A stretch of DNA of 63,800 nt, filler included. It is 6 parts of 6 records of this genome, joined end to end, with 100 filler letters (N's around TTAATTAATTAA, not from the genome) between each part and the next. Parts side by side here need not be neighbours in the genome. Positions count along the whole stretch, not along the records: positions 58,766 to 63,800 come from SRR31147125_8463; 5 more parts are not named here. The stretch is one strand, 5' to 3'. This document shows positions 61,701 through 63,800 of this stretch, one piece after another. A program made the translations under genes and the position numbers. The notes under the pieces are model-generated. The model made no database searches. It was given only the letters and a program-made list of their open reading frames with translations, and was not told the origin of the DNA. How positions within the stretch are numbered: the first letter of the stretch is position 1; the number at the start of each line of letters is the position of its first letter.

Positions 61701-63800
61701 GTGGAACTACTTCAAATCCAAAATCGGTTGAGGTTTGGCTGAACGAACTTCGATTAACCGATTTTGAAGAAGAAGGTGGCTGGGCTGCAAACGCACGCGT
61801 TACAGCACGTTTGGCTGATTTAGGTTCGGTGGTAATGGCGGGACGTACACGAACTGCAGGCTTTGGGAGCATTGATCAGCGAGTGAACCAACGGGCAATG
61901 GATGATCTGGTAGAGTATGATATTTCATCGAATTTGGAATTGGGTAAGTTCTTCCCTGAAAAGGCGAATGTTCGCATTCCGATGTATGTTGGAGTTTCAA
62001 AAAGTATTAGCAATCCGAAATACAATCCACTCGATCCCGATATTTTGATGAAGGATGCTTTGGACATGGCTGAAACAAAAACGGAGAAAGATTCGATTAA
62101 GAAGGTTTCACAAGATTATGTGAGTAGGAAAAACATCAACTTTACAAATGTTAAGGTTGATAAAACAAATAAATCGGGGAAGCCTCGTCTTTACGATCCG
62201 GCAAACTTTTCGTTTACCTATTCATATAATGAATTGAAACAGCGAAATATTAATACGGAAATCAATCTGGAGAAAAACTATCGGGGAAATTTCAGTTATA
62301 ATTTTAATAACAGACCAAAGCTGGTTGAACCGTTTAAGAAATCAAAATTGCTGAAAGGGAATATGTTTCGTTTGATTAAAGATTTCAACTTTTACCCAAT
62401 GCCAACGCAAATTTCGTTTAGAACTGATTTGTACAGGCACTATAAAGAGGTTAAGCTTCGAAATATTACAAATCCAAATTTGATTATTCCCCGCACTTTT
62501 GAGAAAGATTTTATTTGGAACAGGTACTTTGATTTACGTTACAACCTGACAAGAACTCTGAAACTTGATTTTTCATCGCAGGCTACTGCCAGGATTGATG
62601 AACCAGAAGGTCGTATTAACCGGAATGATGACGATTACCAAATGAAACGTGATTCCATTATAACCAACCTGCTCAATATGGGTAGACCGGTTATGTATCA
62701 TCATTTGTTTAATGCTTCGTATACTGCTCCGCTAAGCAAAATACCATTCTTAAACTGGACAACCTTATCGGGTCGTTACCAGGCAATGTACGACTGGACA
62801 GCAGGACCAATTACCGATGAGTCAATTGAATTGGGTAACATAGCCGAAAACTCAAGAGTGGCTCAACTTAATGGGCAAATTAGCATGCTGAATTTATACA
62901 ATAAAGTACCATTCTTAAAAGAGGTAAATAAGAAATTTGGGAGTAGGAGCACTCGTTCTGCACGAAGTTCAAGAAGCCGGGCAAAAGCTGTTCAGCAACC
63001 GACCAAGAAATCGGAGCCTCGTTATAAGAATGTGGAATATACGGATGACAACATTAACTTAAAGGCAAATACAACCCGCGGAATAAATCACAAGCTCAAA
63101 ACGGATAACGTTAAGGTGATTATCAAAAATGCTGCTGGCAAGGTTATACAGGGAGAAACCCGTGTCATTAATGAAAATCGCATTAGTTTTACACCTGAAG
63201 AGGACGCTAAAGGAGCAACAGTGATTATAACAGGTAGAAGAGAGATTAAAGACGATCTGGCCTTGAAAATTGCACAATACACTGCTCGAACCTTGATGAG
63301 CGTTAAAAGTATTTCACTTTCATATTCAAGTTCAGATGGAACTGTTTTGCCTGGATTTATGCCGGAACCAAGCTTTTTGGGGTCTGGAAATTATACTCCC
63401 GATCCGGTTCAATTTGGGTCGGTTGCTTCAAGTACTGCTCCAGGAATTCCGTTCCTTTTTGGGTGGCAGGATAAGAATTTTGCAAGAAAGGCTGCAGAAA
63501 AAGGATGGGTTACGAACGATACAACTCTGAACTCTCCGTTTCTGATGAATCATAACGAAACTTTCAGTATTCGTGCAAGCATTGAGCCCCTTCCTTTCCT
63601 AAGGATTGATATGAATGCCAGTCGTTCTTATTCGGAAAACACCAGTGAGTTTTATAATTACAATCCTGAAACGAGTGATTTTGTTGCTCAAAACAGAACA
63701 ATTCGTGGAAACTTTACCATGTCGGTAAATACATGGAAAACTGCGTTTACAAAAATGGGGGAAGCAGACATTCAGGTGTCTGATGCTTTCCAAACAATGA
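58766..63800 (+). CDS. sprA: Type IX secretion translocon SprA/Sov (internal fragment; frameshift near 59170)
   Basis: DLMMKNIYSL, GRIIFPVVEPFG, then the frame from 59171: GSVRVTAGGREL.ENIDYTVDY, YIDDFE, RWGGIMR, EFIEFW.MDPF, VWLNELRL. It stays in that frame to the window end, which is why the ORF track misses it. Confidence 0.93.

Noticed and set aside
1-63800. CRISPR arrays, rRNA, tRNA, phage or IS genes
   Set aside because: None recognised by eye; no regularly spaced repeats were found. A covariance-model search was not possible.

Overview
The window is not one locus. It is six unrelated contigs joined by five artificial 100-nt spacers (N44-TTAATTAATTAA-N44), with many single-base homopolymer frameshifts that look like sequencing errors. 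A (1-16295; AT-rich, KSB1/Calditrichota-like by inference) has a truncated DUF4062 gene and a long minus-strand run: RsbW-type kinase, three SpoIIE/PP2C phosphatases, a B12 radical SAM enzyme, a TPR lipoprotein, deoxynucleoside kinase, DUF62 SAM hydrolase, site-2 protease and PBP1A. B (16396-33394; Acholeplasma/Izemoplasma-like Bacillota by inference) has a BglG/RAT-controlled, self-contained PTS operon, a cadC-cadA pair and a cellobiose ABC/GH94/GH1 operon. Both ends of B carry a near-identical 60-bp inverted copy of a LacI-family 3' segment with different C-termini. C (33495-45170) is an O-antigen/polysaccharide cluster. D (45271-52091) is a clostridial-type YesN/YesM system with solute-binding proteins. 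E (52192-58665; GC-rich, Desulfobacterota-like) has a degenerate eIF2B/MtnA-like protein paired with an ArsB/NhaD (P-protein-like) permease, plus MBL-sirC-ccsA-hemA. F (58766-63800) is an internal part of Bacteroidota sprA. The best novelty candidates are the catalytically eroded eIF2B-like protein with its permease, the LacI-bounded (possibly invertible) 17-kb sugar island, and the PTS operon lacking a phospho-glycosidase.
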